A stretch of DNA of 63,312 bases, filler included, from Cercozoa sp. M6MM (lineage: Eukaryota > Protista > Endomyxa: Ascetosporea), in NCBI GenBank assembly GCA_040357565.1. It is 8 parts of 8 records of this genome, joined end to end, with 100 filler letters (N's around TTAATTAATTAA, not from the genome) between each part and the next. Parts side by side here need not be neighbours in the genome. Positions count along the whole stretch, not along the records: positions 19,935 to 30,406 come from JBDODJ010000441.1; positions 30,507 to 43,985 come from JBDODJ010000355.1; 6 more parts are not named here. One strand, written 5' to 3'. Under the pieces are notes generated by a model, which was not told the origin of the DNA, ran no database searches, and saw nothing but the letters and a program-made list of their open reading frames with translations. The position numbers and the translations under genes were made by a program. Below are positions 24,399 through 38,088 of this stretch, one piece after another (the first letter of the stretch is position 1; each line of letters starts with the position of its first letter).

Positions 24399-27300
24399 AT
24401 GTCAAGCAAAATGGTAGGCTTTGGTGTTGTTCTGTGCCGAATTGGCTGTGTGTTGCTTTCTTTGATGTTGTGTGTCGTAAAACAGGACGACGACTACGTC
24501 CCAGGGACAGAAAAGGTGCCGGACGATGATTATGTACTACCAGACAGCTCCGAAAAGTCGTCTACATCGCGCAAATCGCGAGCATCAGTCAGGTACAGGA
24601 TACACGGTGCCGTTCCTGACTGACTTGAGTCCACTTTTGTGTCACAGCGAGGACCAAAGTGAAGTCAGTCTCGTCGCTCGAAGTTACCTCGATCTCAGTT
24701 TGAAGCCGGATCACGAGGTACTCGAGCCAGTCGCGACTTTTGGATGGACGCAAACCAAAGGTGTTTGTTAAACCAGGCTCGTCCGATCTGGATCACGAAA
24801 GATCGCACCGTGTATCTCGAAACTTGGTCTCAGCTTTACCAAGGTATTTTCTGTCAGAATAAGTCACTCACTCTGATTTACTTCTTGTACTTAGTGGCGT
24901 ACGACCTTCTCGTGGCGATCTCGGAGCCTCGGAGTCGGTATTTTTAGTTTTGTTTTCTGCTGGGTCACGTCACGACGACGTGCATGCTAAAAAACAGACC
25001 AGAGTTCGTTCATGAGTACGAAATCACTGTGTTCTCGCTCTACGCGGCTGCTTCGATCGGTCTGTCGACTGAGGAGATTTTGGGTGCACTGGAGAAACTC
25101 TGCAAGGTACAGGGCACAGTCGGTCTGATTGTACCTCTCCTGCTTTATTTCTTTATTTTAGGTGCAAGTGCCGGAAGAAGTGCAGCAATTCATCAAGACA
25201 CACACAACCAAGTACTAGAACAGCTTTAATCTGAACAGAGCAAGTTGTAGCTGTCCCGAATGTCCGCGTTCGTGTTCTCAGATGCGGCAAGGTCAAGTTC
25301 GTGCTGCGGCAGGGCCACTATTACCTCGAGTCGCCGTACAAGGACCTGTTGTTATACATGCTGCAGCAGAGCGATAGTGTGCGGTGCGTTTGGATCCACA
25401 GAGTCGATTCTATTTAATTGTTTATTTTTGACTTGTTTTGCTCGAAGAAACGCTGTCGTTCACCGAGCAAATGCGGACGAAAATGGACTCGTGCGACAAG
25501 TGTTGCGCAGTGCCGAGTGGCAGCCTGTTCAGATCGGTGATACTGCGACGGTATCTACTCTATCTCACCTCTTTACCCCCCGCCCCCCCCATTAACCCCA
25601 ATCCCCGATTAACCCTTCCCCACCCACTTTAGACCGAGAAACAAATCCGCAGCATGGAACTCTTCACGGTGGAAATCTCTGCCTCGCAGAACGAAGAGGT
25701 ACCTTGTGATTCGAACATGTTTGTTCACAGTACCTACTGTAGGTACTGAAATGTGTGCATGTGTCTCTGCATGTGAGTAGGTGCGACGTGCCACCCAACA
25801 TGACCTAGGTATTCCGATGATGGAAGAGTATGACTTCCGCGCGGATCGCACGGCACGTCAACTCGACATGGCGGTACCTGATTAAAGGGGCGATTTGCAG
25901 TTTGTTAAGGATGTGTTTGATAAAACAGCTGCGACCGGTGGCGCGTATCCGACCTTACCAGGAACAGGCGCTCAATAAAATGTTCGGCAACGGTCGCGCG
26001 CGCAGTGGCATCATCGTGCTGCCGTAATTGCTTTTTCAATAGGTGGGGGGGGTAAAAGGGGGGGGTAAAAGGGGGGGTAAAGGGCGGTAAAGTTTTAGTG
26101 TATGCTCAGTTGCGGCGCTGGCAAAACTCTGGTCGGCATCTCGGCCACAGCAACGGTTCGCAAGGCCACGTTGATCCTGACGTCGACTTCGGTACCAATT
26201 GATCCGTATTGATCCCACTGGGCATCCCTGATGATCTCACTGGGGTGTTTCCATTGATACCACTGGTGATCGCGGTAACTGACGGTGTGTGTGCGAGCAG
26301 GTCAGTGTGAACCAGTGGAAGGGCCAGCTGGAGCGATGGTCAACGATTCCGAGTCGACTGATCGTTGCCTTCACGGCCGCTGACCGCGTACGTTTTGGAC
26401 CTGTCGAAAATGGACACGTGTACAAGTGGACCACTTCAGGGGGGCTGTCTGTGTGAATTAAGGGAGTATGTCTTACATAGGCCATGCCGCCTGAGGAGGT
26501 GCTGCGCGGCGGTGAACCGTGCATCGTCATCAGCACGTACTCCATGATGGCACACCGGTACCAACTGGCAACTGCCTACTGCCTACTGCCTACTGCCTCT
26601 ACTACCCACTACCTGACGTCCTGACTACCCAGACTGACAACTTTGTTCGTGTGTGTGCAGAGGAACACGCAGTGCGCACGCGCAAGCCATGACGGATTTC
26701 ATCGCACAACGTGTATGTTCTCGTGTCTATTTTGGGGTGGCTACAGCATGGCTACAACGTGGCTACACTGGCTATGACAGTGACTTTAAAATGGCTCTAT
26801 AAAAGCTGAATGTCTATGTATGTTTGTAGGAGTGGGGCCTTCTTGTGATGGACGAAGTGCATGTCACACCTGCTCGCTCCTTCCGTCGATGTATACCCCC
26901 TTTTACCTCCCTTTCCCCTTATCTGCTTTACCCCTCCTTCCCCCTGCCCCCTTTACCTCCCGTTTACCCCCCCCCCCCGCGCTGCCAGGCATGACACTGG
27001 TGAAAGCGCGTTGCAAACTTGGACTAACGGCAACGCTGCTGCGCGAGGATGCACTGATTCAGGTACACTTTGGACCGTCCAGTTGGACCATCTGATTTAA
27101 ATGTCTGCGCATGTGTCCGTATGTTAGGATTTGTTCTTCCTGATTGGACCGAAACTGTTTGAGGCCAACTGGCTCGATCTGCAGCGCGATGGGTATCCTA
27201 TCACTACCTACCTACCACTTTACTACACCTACTGCCTACTGCCTACTGCCTGGACACACCTGTTGCTGTAGCTACCTGGCCAAGGTGCAATGTCTCGAGA

Positions 27301-29097
27301 TTCGCTGTCCAATGTCGCCGGAGTTCGCCAAAAGGTACAGCCTACTACACTCTCTCAGCATCCAACACAATACAGTCACGTTACGAAGGTATCTATCGGC
27401 GAAACGACGCAAGAAACACCACGAATACGCGCTGCTCTACGGTACTTGTTTTTTTGGGTTTATTTGGACCGTCCACATGGACTGAAGTGTGTTTTGTAGT
27501 ATTCAATCCGAACAAATTTCGCGCGTGTGAAATGCTCGCACTCGGACATGCTGCGCGTGGCGACAAGGTAGCTTGTCTGTTTTGCAGACCCTTGTCTCGT
27601 CCATTTGTACCGCCTTGTTAACGCACAGGTTCTCGTGTTTGCCGATTCCGTGCCTGCAATTGAAGAGGTACACCCTCTACATTGATGTTTACACTTTGGT
27701 ATCTCTCAAATTATCAATTGCCACTCGTCGGTTACAGTACAACAAGCGGCTTGGTTGGGACATGATCATCGGCAAGACACCCGAAAAGGAGCGTCGTGTG
27801 CTTCTCGCTCAGTTCCAACGAGATGCTGTGAGTTCAATCTGTTTTGGCAAAAGCTTGTTTGGACAAGTTGAAAGCAAGTCTTGATGCGTGTGTTTGCACA
27901 GACAAAGAACGTGCTGTTGATATCGAGGGTATCTCACGCCTCTAATGCGAAAGAACTTGCAAATTGCAAATTGATCGCTTTCGATTGATCGGACTATTTT
28001 GTTTTTGTTGCGCGTTTTAAGGTCGGTGACGTGGCGATCGATCTGCCGGATGTCAATGTGATCATTCAAATCTCGTCTCACTTTGCCTCTCGTCGACAAG
28101 AGGTATAACCCACTGTGTGTGCGTCTGATTGCAGTGCACGCTCATGTTTTTGCAGGCTCAGCGACTCGGTCGAATTTTGCGGCCCAAAGCTCGAAGTGGC
28201 TCGGCTTTCAATGCGTATTCCGTGCTTCATTACGTTTGAAACGGTTGTTCTTGTGCACGCTTTACTTGCAGGTTCTTCTACTCGCTCGTGAGCGCCGACA
28301 CGAAGGAAGTGTCGTACGCTTCGAAACGACAGCGTTTCTTGGTTGATCAGGGCTACTCGTTTCACGTAAACCTTGCTATACTTGTCCGGATTGGTGTACA
28401 AATGGACTTTGATACGTTTTTAAGGTCGTGGACGATGTCGTGGACGAAGCGACGCCTGGATTGATGTTCTCAAGGCCACAGGAGCGTATTTTTAGTTTTT
28501 TTTTTCTTTGGTTTTTATACAGAAGATTTTGTTGTCTAAAGGCGCCGATTTTCTCGCGCACGTTCTCGGCAAATACGGCAACATTGATGTGCTTGCTGAG
28601 GACGATGTATTTTGCACTTCACCCTTTTTTCCTTGCCACATGTACTCTCCATTTTGCCCCCCCCCCCCCCCTCCAGAGCAACATCCGAGGTGAAGACAAG
28701 GAAATCCGCCAACTCGAACAGTAGCTCTTGTTTACACCCTTGCCACCCTTTGCCTTTTACCCTCTACCTCAGAGATCGCAAAACGGAAGTGCGAACGCGA
28801 ATGCGACTGGCGTCGGATCTGTCCGGAGCCACCGGTCGGCGCTACACGGTGTGTTTATGCTTGTTTGTCCTCACCCACGCGGATTCGACTGTCACCTGAC
28901 CTGTAGGAGTTCAACGTGCCTCTTCAACGGACACATGTCTCGCAAACTAAACGTCAGCGCACGATGGTACTCTCTTTCCTCTTTTTTAAACGCTTTTTAT
29001 CTTTTGTGCTTTGTAGTCCAAGCACAAAATTCTCAAACAGCACGAGCAGCAGCGTAAATTGCGGCAACAAGCGCATCAAGACATGCGAGACTCGTAG
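24399..29097 (+). CDS. ERCC3: TFIIH helicase/translocase XPB (~34 exons)
   Basis: LKPDH..RPIW; [10 protein letters not shown]; EEYDFR; [29 protein letters not shown]; DEVH; [11 protein letters not shown]; [11 protein letters not shown]; NPNKF; [16 protein letters not shown]; [13 protein letters not shown]. All introns are GT-AG. Confidence 0.96.
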
Positions 29098-29368
29098 GAT
29101 TAGAGCGCCAAGTGTGTCAGTTCTTTAAATAACCGTATATAGCTTCGGAAAATCGTGACGTTGTTTCCCGCAACCGGATTCCCCCTTAAACACTCAGTTG
29201 GTGCCGCACCCGGGATTGGACAACTGGGGTGTGCACCACTGTGCTGACACTGCACAGAGCAGCGTCAAAAGTTCCACCATCGTGTCGTAGAAGTTTAGTG
29301 TAATTGGTCGTGCACTGATCGTGAAACCGTCTTTGTGGGGTACTTCTTTGGGCGTCCCGTTAGCAAAG

Positions 29369-30255
29369 ATGCGTTTCCGAGCCACGCGGTTCCAGCGACT
29401 TCGCGATTGCGATGAGGACGAGGTGACGATCGTGTCGTCAATGTTGCATGCCGAGAGAGCACGTGATGATGCTTCAGGTACCTTTTCGCACACACGTGAT
29501 TGGGAGGGATAACGTATGGTTGCGTTGGACAGAGGCGGCGCAGTTCCTGTCGTTTCTGCCGAAAGAGAGCGAGGACGACGCGGAACACGAAGCGATCGAA
29601 GCTTGCGGCAGTGTCGTGATTCGGAAGCTCGTGACATCGCGCGGAGCGATCGCTTCGCCGAGTCCGCGACTCGTGTTTGTGCAGGTAGACTCACTGTGCG
29701 CCTTCTCTGGTTTGTGTGTGTTTATGACAGCTCTTTCTTTGTGTGTGTGTGTCAGTTGTTTGGACTGCGACTGAGTGTGTTCGCCGAGGAGAGTGCCCTC
29801 GAGGCAGAGAAGGTGCATGATGTCACTGCTAGCACTGTGCTCAATGAGGCACTGTTTCTCTACACGCGCAAGGGCCGCTGCTTGGAACTCCAGAGTCAGG
29901 ATCGGTATCGGTTGGAGTTTATCCCCCCCCCCTACCCCTTTTACCCCCCCCTTTTCCCCCCCCCCCCCCAGTGGCGTGATCGACAACCTGGCACATGCGC
30001 TGAACGAAGCGTTGGTTCAACGCTTCCGTGCCTGGGATGAATTGCACGTGCGCGATCGGGCGGCACACTTGCGTCGTCTTGTGCGGTACTCTCTGGCCTT
30101 GGCCCTCTTTTACCCGCCCACGTAAACAAACAATTTGTCTACATCTCTTACCCTTTCCCTCCCCCGGGTAGAGCGTTCGTGCTGCAGTCAGAAGCAGCAG
30201 CTGTGGCACAGAGTCAGATCACCGAGTCGTTACGAGTCGTGGGTCTACTGCATGG
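29369..30255 (+). CDS. Hypothetical protein, 3'-partial
   Basis: Consecutive exon-like segments with GT-AG boundaries; no family recognised. Confidence 0.4.
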
Positions 30256-30406
30256 TAGTCTACTGATACATGCAGGTTGTGCTTACTCTGTGATACACAT
30301 ATGTGTACACAGAGACAAGGACTCCATTCGCTCATCTCAAGAGTCAGATGGCTGGCAACTTACACATGCGCACTGACGGTACTATAGATGTTACCCCCTA
30401 CCCCTG

Positions 30407-30506
30407 NNNNNNNNNNNNNNNNNNNNNNNNNNNNNNNNNNNNNNNNNNNNTTAATTAATTAANNNNNNNNNNNNNNNNNNNNNNNNNNNNNNNNNNNNNN
30501 NNNNNN
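30407..30506. other. Artificial scaffold linker
   Basis: N44-TTAATTAATTAA-N44. Confidence 0.97.
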
Positions 30507-30551
<45 letters not shown>

Positions 30552-31796
30552 ATGTGTGTGTGCGAGGAACAGGTACCAGTTGAATCAGTTGGGTGGAATT
30601 GGTTTTAAAGCCCTTGGGCTGCTCTCTTGCTTGATGTTCTTGTTCTGCTTGGCCACAGACAAGAAAAGTACAACAAAACACGCACAGACAACAACACAAC
30701 AAAAAATAAGCACCACAGCTCCTCGGGGTGCCGGAGGCCTGTGGATGTGCTCCTGCGCTTTGTGTTGGCGGCAGATGCTCAGTTCTACTGATTTACGCGA
30801 GTCTAGTCGAGTGTTTCGCGTTGTGTGATTTGGGTTTCCGAGAAAGATCTGACCCAACGGTTTCCGTACATTGCAGCGCCGATTTCTTGCAGTGCAGGGC
30901 ACTAGGCCACATGCCACGCACATTAACGTCTTAATTCTACTGCAACCCAGTCTCTGGTGTGTTCTGTATCACGATCAGAGCAACTTGAGCTCATCAGCAG
31001 GCGCGAATTTTGTGTCAGCAGAGAGCAACGATCACGCCAGGTCACCAGACACTGACAAACATTGACAGACACTGACAGACACTGGGTCTGACAATTCTCG
31101 GCACCCGACATCGCAGCACACTGCATACAAGCTAATTTAAGCATACCGACGGCAATACCACGCAACATTACTGTACATTGATGCTATCGTCTGCTCTAAG
31201 TGGCGACTCTGCAGCCTAGTTATTCTTCTGCTCCAATAGCCACCTGGAATCCCAGCCACTGCTTCGGCCTGTTTTACTGCTCTATGCCGTGTCCTGTGCG
31301 GTGCACTGTATGAGTGTGATTGTAGTTAAGTGTTGTTGTATGAAGTACTGTACCGGCGGCACTGCCTCGGTTTGTTTGCTTTGGACACTCTTCTGCGCAT
31401 TCTACCAGCCAGGCGGCTTAAGCGGTGTAACCCCCCCCCCCCGACGCAGGCCTGCTTTATGCGTCCCAATGCGGGGTACCATGCGGCAGTAGTAGATACT
31501 GTTACTGCGGCTCAATTGCCCTATCAGCAATGGAAGGGGAGACTAAATAAATCATTCAATTAGAGTCAACGCCAGAACTGGGGTGAAATACCCCTACTGG
31601 GTCTCGAGGTGATCCCACTGGATCTCGACCGAAGGAAGACGTCCTTGATCGTACCAATGCGTTTCAGAAAAAACTCTTAAAACTTCTCCATCCTCATACT
31701 TGGTTGAGACATGAATTATCCCGGACGGGTCAGAGCAATGACTACTGAAACAAAAACGCCGATCCATTCCACGGTTAGGCTGACTCAGCGCACGCT

Positions 31797-32520
31797 TTAG
31801 GCACCCGTGGACAGCAGGGAGAAGTTCGAGAAGTTGGCCGACTTGATCATCGAGGCGCACGAGATGAACATGGTGATGAGGCTGCAATTTATACCACACG
31901 TCCAGTTATGACACCAGCATGAATTCGAAAAAAAAGCACACGTACCTGCCAAAGTAGCCAACGTAGAAGAGAACCGACTGGAGCGACTTGCGCTTCTCTG
32001 GGTTGCCGCTGGCGTAGCCCTTGAACTGAGCAAACAACAACACATACCGGTATTGGACTAAGCCTGGTGAAACAAGAGGAGAAAAGGCAAGCTACGTAGC
32101 CAAGACGGCCAACGATCCAGCAGATGCCAAACAGCGAGGTGAGCACCGGGAACTGCAGGCCGTTGAACAGCGACATGGCGAGGAACGACGTGTACATCTC
32201 GTAGGCGTTCTGGTGGCCACGCTGGATGCAGTTGAAGGCCTACACACGTGAGACATACTCTACTCAGCATTATTTTAATTATGGACAATACCTTGGCCGC
32301 CTTGCTGTCACCTTCCGCGTACATGGCCGGGTACTGCACGTCGTACTTCTTGCGCGCGGCCATCACCTTGCTGCCCATGTAGGTCAGCGTCAGCTGCAAC
32401 ACAGCGAACATAAAACATATGATAACTGACCTGATAACTGACCCCAGAAGCAACAAAACACACCTGCGTGCCAAACACGTTGCTCAGCATCACAAGACCG
32501 AACAGCGGAGGAAGCGGCAT
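31797..32520 (-). CDS. MGST3: MAPEG-family microsomal glutathione S-transferase (MGST3-like)
   Basis: VMAARKKYDVQYPAMYA..FNCIQRGHQNAYE..WIVGRLGY..GYASGNPEKR are MAPEG motifs. Confidence 0.88.
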
Positions 32521-32835
32521 CTTGTGTCTTGTTTGTGCACTGTAAGTTTACGAACGGGATATTTAATCGCAAAGTTTGCGAGAAACAAACACGAATCTGC
32601 AAAGCAGCAAAGGAACGTGGCAAGTTGGCAGCCAGCCGAGCCATGGTAGTACCTGAAACACTGAAGGCAGTTAAAAACTTGTGAGTGGTTTGTTTCAGCC
32701 AGTTTTAGGAACGTCGAGGGCATCTGGAGAGCCAGACAACTGTGACCACTTTGAGCCGGGCGTACCACTGCAGAGCCGAGATAGCAAGCCTCGCTTTTGG
32801 TGCGCTTTTGAGCAATTGTAGGACTTTAGTGTGCC

Positions 32836-35056
32836 ATGCATGAAATAGTGACGCTGCAGTGCGGGCCAAACTCGAATGGCATCGCGACGCATTGGTGGAA
32901 TCTCGAGATTGACAGCGCCAGCAATGTGCACGACGAGGTGCGCCAATCAGCTTTGTTTGAGTCCACGACAGAGGGTATGTTGCTCCTGCTCGCCGTTTTG
33001 GGTTAGACTTGCTGAGTTTTGACCGGTCGTTTCTGTGACCTCCTGTTCATTTTGATAATGCAGGGGCGGTTCCCCGTACCATCGTCATTGACCACAGTAT
33101 CAACATGGGTGATGCAGTGCGTATGACTCACCAGCAGCCTTTGGGCGCTTTCACTTCATCGGTCAACGAGTGGTAGGTTTTATCTGCATGCTTGCCTCTT
33201 GTGACTGATTTGGCATGTCAGGCAAGCGCACTCACGAAAAACTGCTTTGCGACGGGCGCTCGGTTTCGACGTTCCTGGACCGGCGCCAGAGCCGTTCCGT
33301 GATGCTTATTTTGGACAAAACACGCAGGTGACTTTTTTCTCCTGTTTTGTTCTCAAGGTTATGCAATTTTGACAGCCCCAACCAAGCACAACATCAACAG
33401 CATCGGAACCGACCACTAAGTCAGACAAATGGCACCAATACGCCAACTTCCGACTTCGCCCACGACAACAAATTGTATTCGTCGTTTTGTTGGTGCTTCC
33501 GGGTTTTAGTGTACGTTCTTTGTAGGCACTGCCAACACTCGAAACAGGCGCAGATTTCGACATCTGGCCGCATGGTGTGACGCTGTGTCGTGACTCCTAC
33601 ATTGACTCGGTTGTTGACCAAGTGAGGTATACTAAGCACACCGATTGGCTTGTCTTTATTGCATTTTAATAGATGGTGGGCCGAGAGGTGCGATTCGATG
33701 CAAGCTATTCAGCTAATGGCGGATTCGCACAATGCTTTCGGCGGCTTTGCGTCCGGTATCGCATGCTTTCGGTCGAACCTTTTGGTTGATGGTTTCTCAA
33801 TTGTGTTCGCAGAGGTGGCAGTCACGGTGAAGGACGAATACGAAAGAACGTCGTTGGTGTCGATTCTCGCTTCAGATACAAGTGACACTGCTCTGCGATC
33901 ACGTCGTGCTGCGCTGAGTAGGGTACCTCTTGTGTACTGATTCCCATTGGGTTTAAACGTTGCTGTAGGCACTGACCTTGCGTCGCATCTACGATGTCTC
34001 GAGTGCCGTGGTTCCGCTGCATGCGACAGCACCCAAGACGCATGTGGCACACGCACTCGCCTGTGTCACGGCACCGATCCGATCGGGCAAGGAGGTCACC
34101 TGGCCGTTCGTGCTGTCGCGACTCAAGTGGCGACCAGCCAATCGAATTTTCGCACTGTCGGGCGCTTTCGTCGACAGTGCCAAGGAACACACGTTGACGC
34201 AGGTCTTCAACCTGCTTCCTTCTCAGGTGCACACTTTTTTCATGGTAGCATTCAATGAGATCAATCCTGGACCAGGTGGAGCCGCGAAAATACGCCCCTG
34301 AGAACGACCCTTCATTGCCAAAGGACACGATTTTGAAGTCAGACAACTTGTCATGGGAGGGTACTGGACCTCTAATATGTGTGGCCGTGTATGAATCTAA
34401 GCTGCAGCGGAGGCTGATCCGCAAGCTCGAACTGAATGGATCTGTGCTTCTGGTACCCTGCTTTCTCAATGGTTCTTGTTTCCTTTCATTCCTTCTGTAG
34501 GTCTCGGTGCACTTGATGGTCCGAGTGACGACGACTACCTGCGATTTATGTACCTTCAAAAGCACCTGTCGCGCCAGCCACGAGCCGACTCGTCGCACAC
34601 GTCGGCTTTGCTGGGCGCTTTCCGGTCCGCTCACCACTACACCAGCACGAACGAAACTGAAGAAAAAACCAGCGGCACAATCGGCGAACAACAAAAGTCT
34701 GAATACTCTCTTCTTTCTCTTCTTTCGGTTGACTTTGTGACAACTCCTGGTGTGCAGTGACGAGGTTGAAGATACTTTTGCGTTGTGTGCGCTCACGAAC
34801 TCGCGTGCCGTCGCAAGACCGCTGCGCAAGATGGCCGAAACTTTCGCGCGGCTTACCTCTGGGTACCCGCTCTTGTTTTTAAGTGTGCTGCACACAGAAA
34901 TGATGTTCCAAAAGTAGAAGTCAATCGGCGTTGCACCACTTCCGCGCGGACGCTGGCAGTCACAGCGTTGATGACGGTGCGCTCGGCGAAGACGATATTG
35001 AGGACACGCGCAGCGCGCTCTTCGATCTGGTCGAGGACTACGAAGAGCATCACTGA
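32836..35056 (+). CDS. MSTO1: Misato/DML1 tubulin-like protein
   Basis: MHEIVTLQCGPNSNGIATHWWNLE; AVPRTIVID; DQVRWWAERCDSMQAIQLMADSHNAFGGFA; acidic C-terminus EDTRSALFDLVEDY; TGA at 35054-35056. Confidence 0.85.
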
Positions 35057-35339
35057 CCATGATTGAAGCCTGAGTTTGCGCATCTGAACGAATGATCGGC
35101 GCGGTACATAATACGCGGTTTCAAGTTAATTTGTCGTGAATCTGATTTGCTTGGACCCCGCCCGATATCGAATGAAACTGATGTGAACTATTCCGTCCAA
35201 GTGTCCGCGCAGACAGCCAATTAGAATGAAATCAATTAGCGAATTCTAATTTTGCTAAAAATCAACCTACCGTACATACATAGACTGCGCTGTGCGCTTA
35301 AAATAGCGGCGCCAGTGCAGCGGTCTGTAGCGTTAAGTT

Positions 35340-37633
35340 TTACTGCGGAATGACGGCATGCTGCTTGCCAACCTCCTGTTTTAGCCGACACAGTTCAAGT
35401 CAAGAAAACACCGGCACTGGTAAAAGAGAGAAAGAGGGAGAGAAATATACGATGAAAGCATCGACAGCGCGATCAACCTCCTCAAGCGTGTGCGCGGCAC
35501 TCCTATAGTATTTGTGAGATAAAACAAAGGAAGCCCAACAAAAGGAGAGATACAGCTGAACACGGATGCGCGCAGCGCCACGAGGCACCACCGGGAACGA
35601 GAAGCCGATCACATCTGTATACACATAGTACACAAAGAGCATTTAGTAAAGAACAAGGTCAGGGTACAGATGCCACGCTGCAGCATGTCGTCGGCGAAGT
35701 CGGAAGCCAGTCGAGCATCACCGAGCATGACCGGGGCGATGGGACACGTCTCGTCACCGGCCAGAGTGAAGCCAGCCTCGGTCATTCGCGTGCGGAAACG
35801 GTGCGTGTTCTCTTGCACACTAAATTTGTTATATATATATATAGTATATAGATAGCATACACATGTACATACAAAGGCAAGAGGTTGAGCATACCGATGG
35901 CAGAGTTCGCTGCTCTCCTGCAGCATGCGGAACACCTCCAGCGAGGCACCTGCAATACCTCGAAATACCAGGCCATTTTATTGCACACAAAAACAACAGA
36001 CGTACCAACAACGACCGGCGCCACCGAGTTCGAGAACAGGTACGGACGCGCACGCTGACGCAGCATGTCGATAATCTCCTTCTTGCCGGTCGAGTAGCCA
36101 CCCGTGGCACCTATGTCCACAATGTACAATAGTTGGACCAATAGGATACGCCCATAAGTACAGTTCATTATGTACTGTCCAGTCTGTACCGCCCAGAGCC
36201 TTGCCGAGCGTGCTGTTGACGACATCGATGCGATCCGACGAAACGCCCTTCAGTTCGCCCGTACCGCGACCGGTCTCACCCATGAAGCCCTGTCACAGGT
36301 CACAAGAGTCAAGCCAGATCCGCGCGGAAGCAACTCTAGAGAGCGAGATACAGTGGCGTGACACTCGTCAACGAAGAGAGCAGCGTCGTACTTTTCGGCC
36401 AGTGCAGCAATCTCGTCCAGCGGGGCCTAAACACAATGGTGGTACAATTTGGACCATCCGCTGAGAACGCGGTTGAGGCTACGACATCGCCGTCCATCGA
36501 GAAGACACCGTCGGTCGCGATGAGGCGGAAGCGGCAGTCCTGAGTCTCCTGGAGCTGCTTCTCCAGGTCCTCCATGCACATGTGCTTGTAGCGCTGCACA
36601 CAACCAAACATGTGTGTGTGTGCGTGTATGCTCACTTTCATACCCATACAAACAACAGACTGACTGGTACCTTGCGCTGCGCCTTGCAGAGTCGAATGCC
36701 ATCGATGATACTCGCGTGGTTTAGCTCGTCCGAGATCACAGCGTCCTGACGTTTCAACACATGAGTGTTCAAAGAAACATGCCGATCTCAGAGACATACC
36801 TCGGGACCGAGAATGCACTCGAACAGACCAGCGTTGGCATCGAAACACGACGGATAAAGGATCCTACACAGTCATACTGCACTCATCAAGCACATGTACA
36901 TAGTGAGGCAACTCACGTATCCTCAGTGCCGTGGAACTTGGAAATAGCGGCCTCCAGCTCCTTGTGAATGTCCTGCAGACGGCAAGTTTCAGTTTGAACA
37001 TTCATGCAATCAATAATTGAGCTGCAAACCTGGGTGCCGCAAATAAAGCGCACAGACGACAGACCAAGTCCATGCTGCAAACACATCAAACAAGATATAA
37101 CTAGGTAAGAATACAAACACCGAAAAATACCGAATCAAGCGTCTGCTTGGCCCTCTCCAAAAGAGCAGGGTGGTCACTCAGACCGAGGTAGTTGTTGGCG
37201 CAGAAGTTCAACACCTGGACAATGTCATTTTTTGTGTTTTCCTCAAGGCAAAATACAAGGCAAGAAATCACAAAGTACAGTCCTACCTCCTGGTCCTCGC
37301 CAGTGGTGGGATCCGCAACATGAATGCTGCTGTTCTGTGTTCACTTGCTCATCAGCTGAAAAGAAAGTAGAGCAAGAGAAATGAGAAATCTCTACCTGCG
37401 GCGACGTGATGATACGCTCCTTCTTGTACAGGCCTGCACAGTCAGGACATCCTTGGCACGTGCGCAACTGACCAAAGTCTCATACTTACCAGCCTGCTCG
37501 ATGCCGGCGAGTTCCTTGCGCAGGTGCGCCGTCAGATTGGTCGACACCTGCTCATTTTCGCAATGCAACAAGCATCGGGCGAACCCCAGAAACAATATAC
37601 CAGTCGAACGCCACGAATAGCACGAAGCATCAT
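35340..37633 (-). CDS. GCAT: Glycine C-acetyltransferase (2-amino-3-ketobutyrate CoA ligase), mitochondrial, ~18 exons
   Basis: [13 protein letters not shown]; [11 protein letters not shown]; [13 protein letters not shown]; [15 protein letters not shown]; TDGVFSMDG; DECHATG; STLGKALGG (PLP lysine); RARPYLFSN; [14 protein letters not shown]. Confidence 0.95.
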
Positions 37634-38088
37634 AGTACGGCAATCACTCTCAAGAGCAATCAGAATTCGCACCGAGAGCAGTGCAAAAAGCAATTCTTTT
37701 AGAAATTACTTTTGGCGTGATCAGTGCTCCGAGACCGTCAGCGTCTCGTGGCCTCTCAGTGTGTGTATTGGTGCGAAGCATACAGTGCTGTACCGTGAAG
37801 TGCACACGGCGCTAGTAGGCAAACGTGGCTGGTGCTCGGGATTCTTTTTGCTAGGCAGCTGGCTGTGCCCAGGCCTCTCGTTGGGTGCACAGCGTGCTAA
37901 TGTCATCCAAGGTACTACTCATGTGGTCTATTACCTCGTTCAGTGTGGCTGGTGTCGCGGCCAGGTGGATCCGTCCAAAACGCGACTGTGTGACCATTGT
38001 TGCCTCTGTTTTTGCGCACTTTCGTGTCTCCAGTGGCCTGTTTTTGACATGGTTTACTCGTGCGTGTGCTTGCGGACAGAAATCGACC

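Noticed and set aside
27193-27271. Expansion of U12-type (minor) introns, suggested by GTATCC/GTATCT donors
   Set aside because: The full RTATCCTT donor and the TCCTTAAC branch site are not consistently present, and I found no AT-AC introns. The donors look like a degenerate major class.
30507-31790. Possible short minus-strand gene or relic ORF
   Set aside because: I could not build a consistent spliced frame or recognise a domain, so it is left unannotated.
33822-35060. 412 aa minus-strand ORF
   Set aside because: It is the antisense shadow of the Misato gene and has no recognisable motifs.
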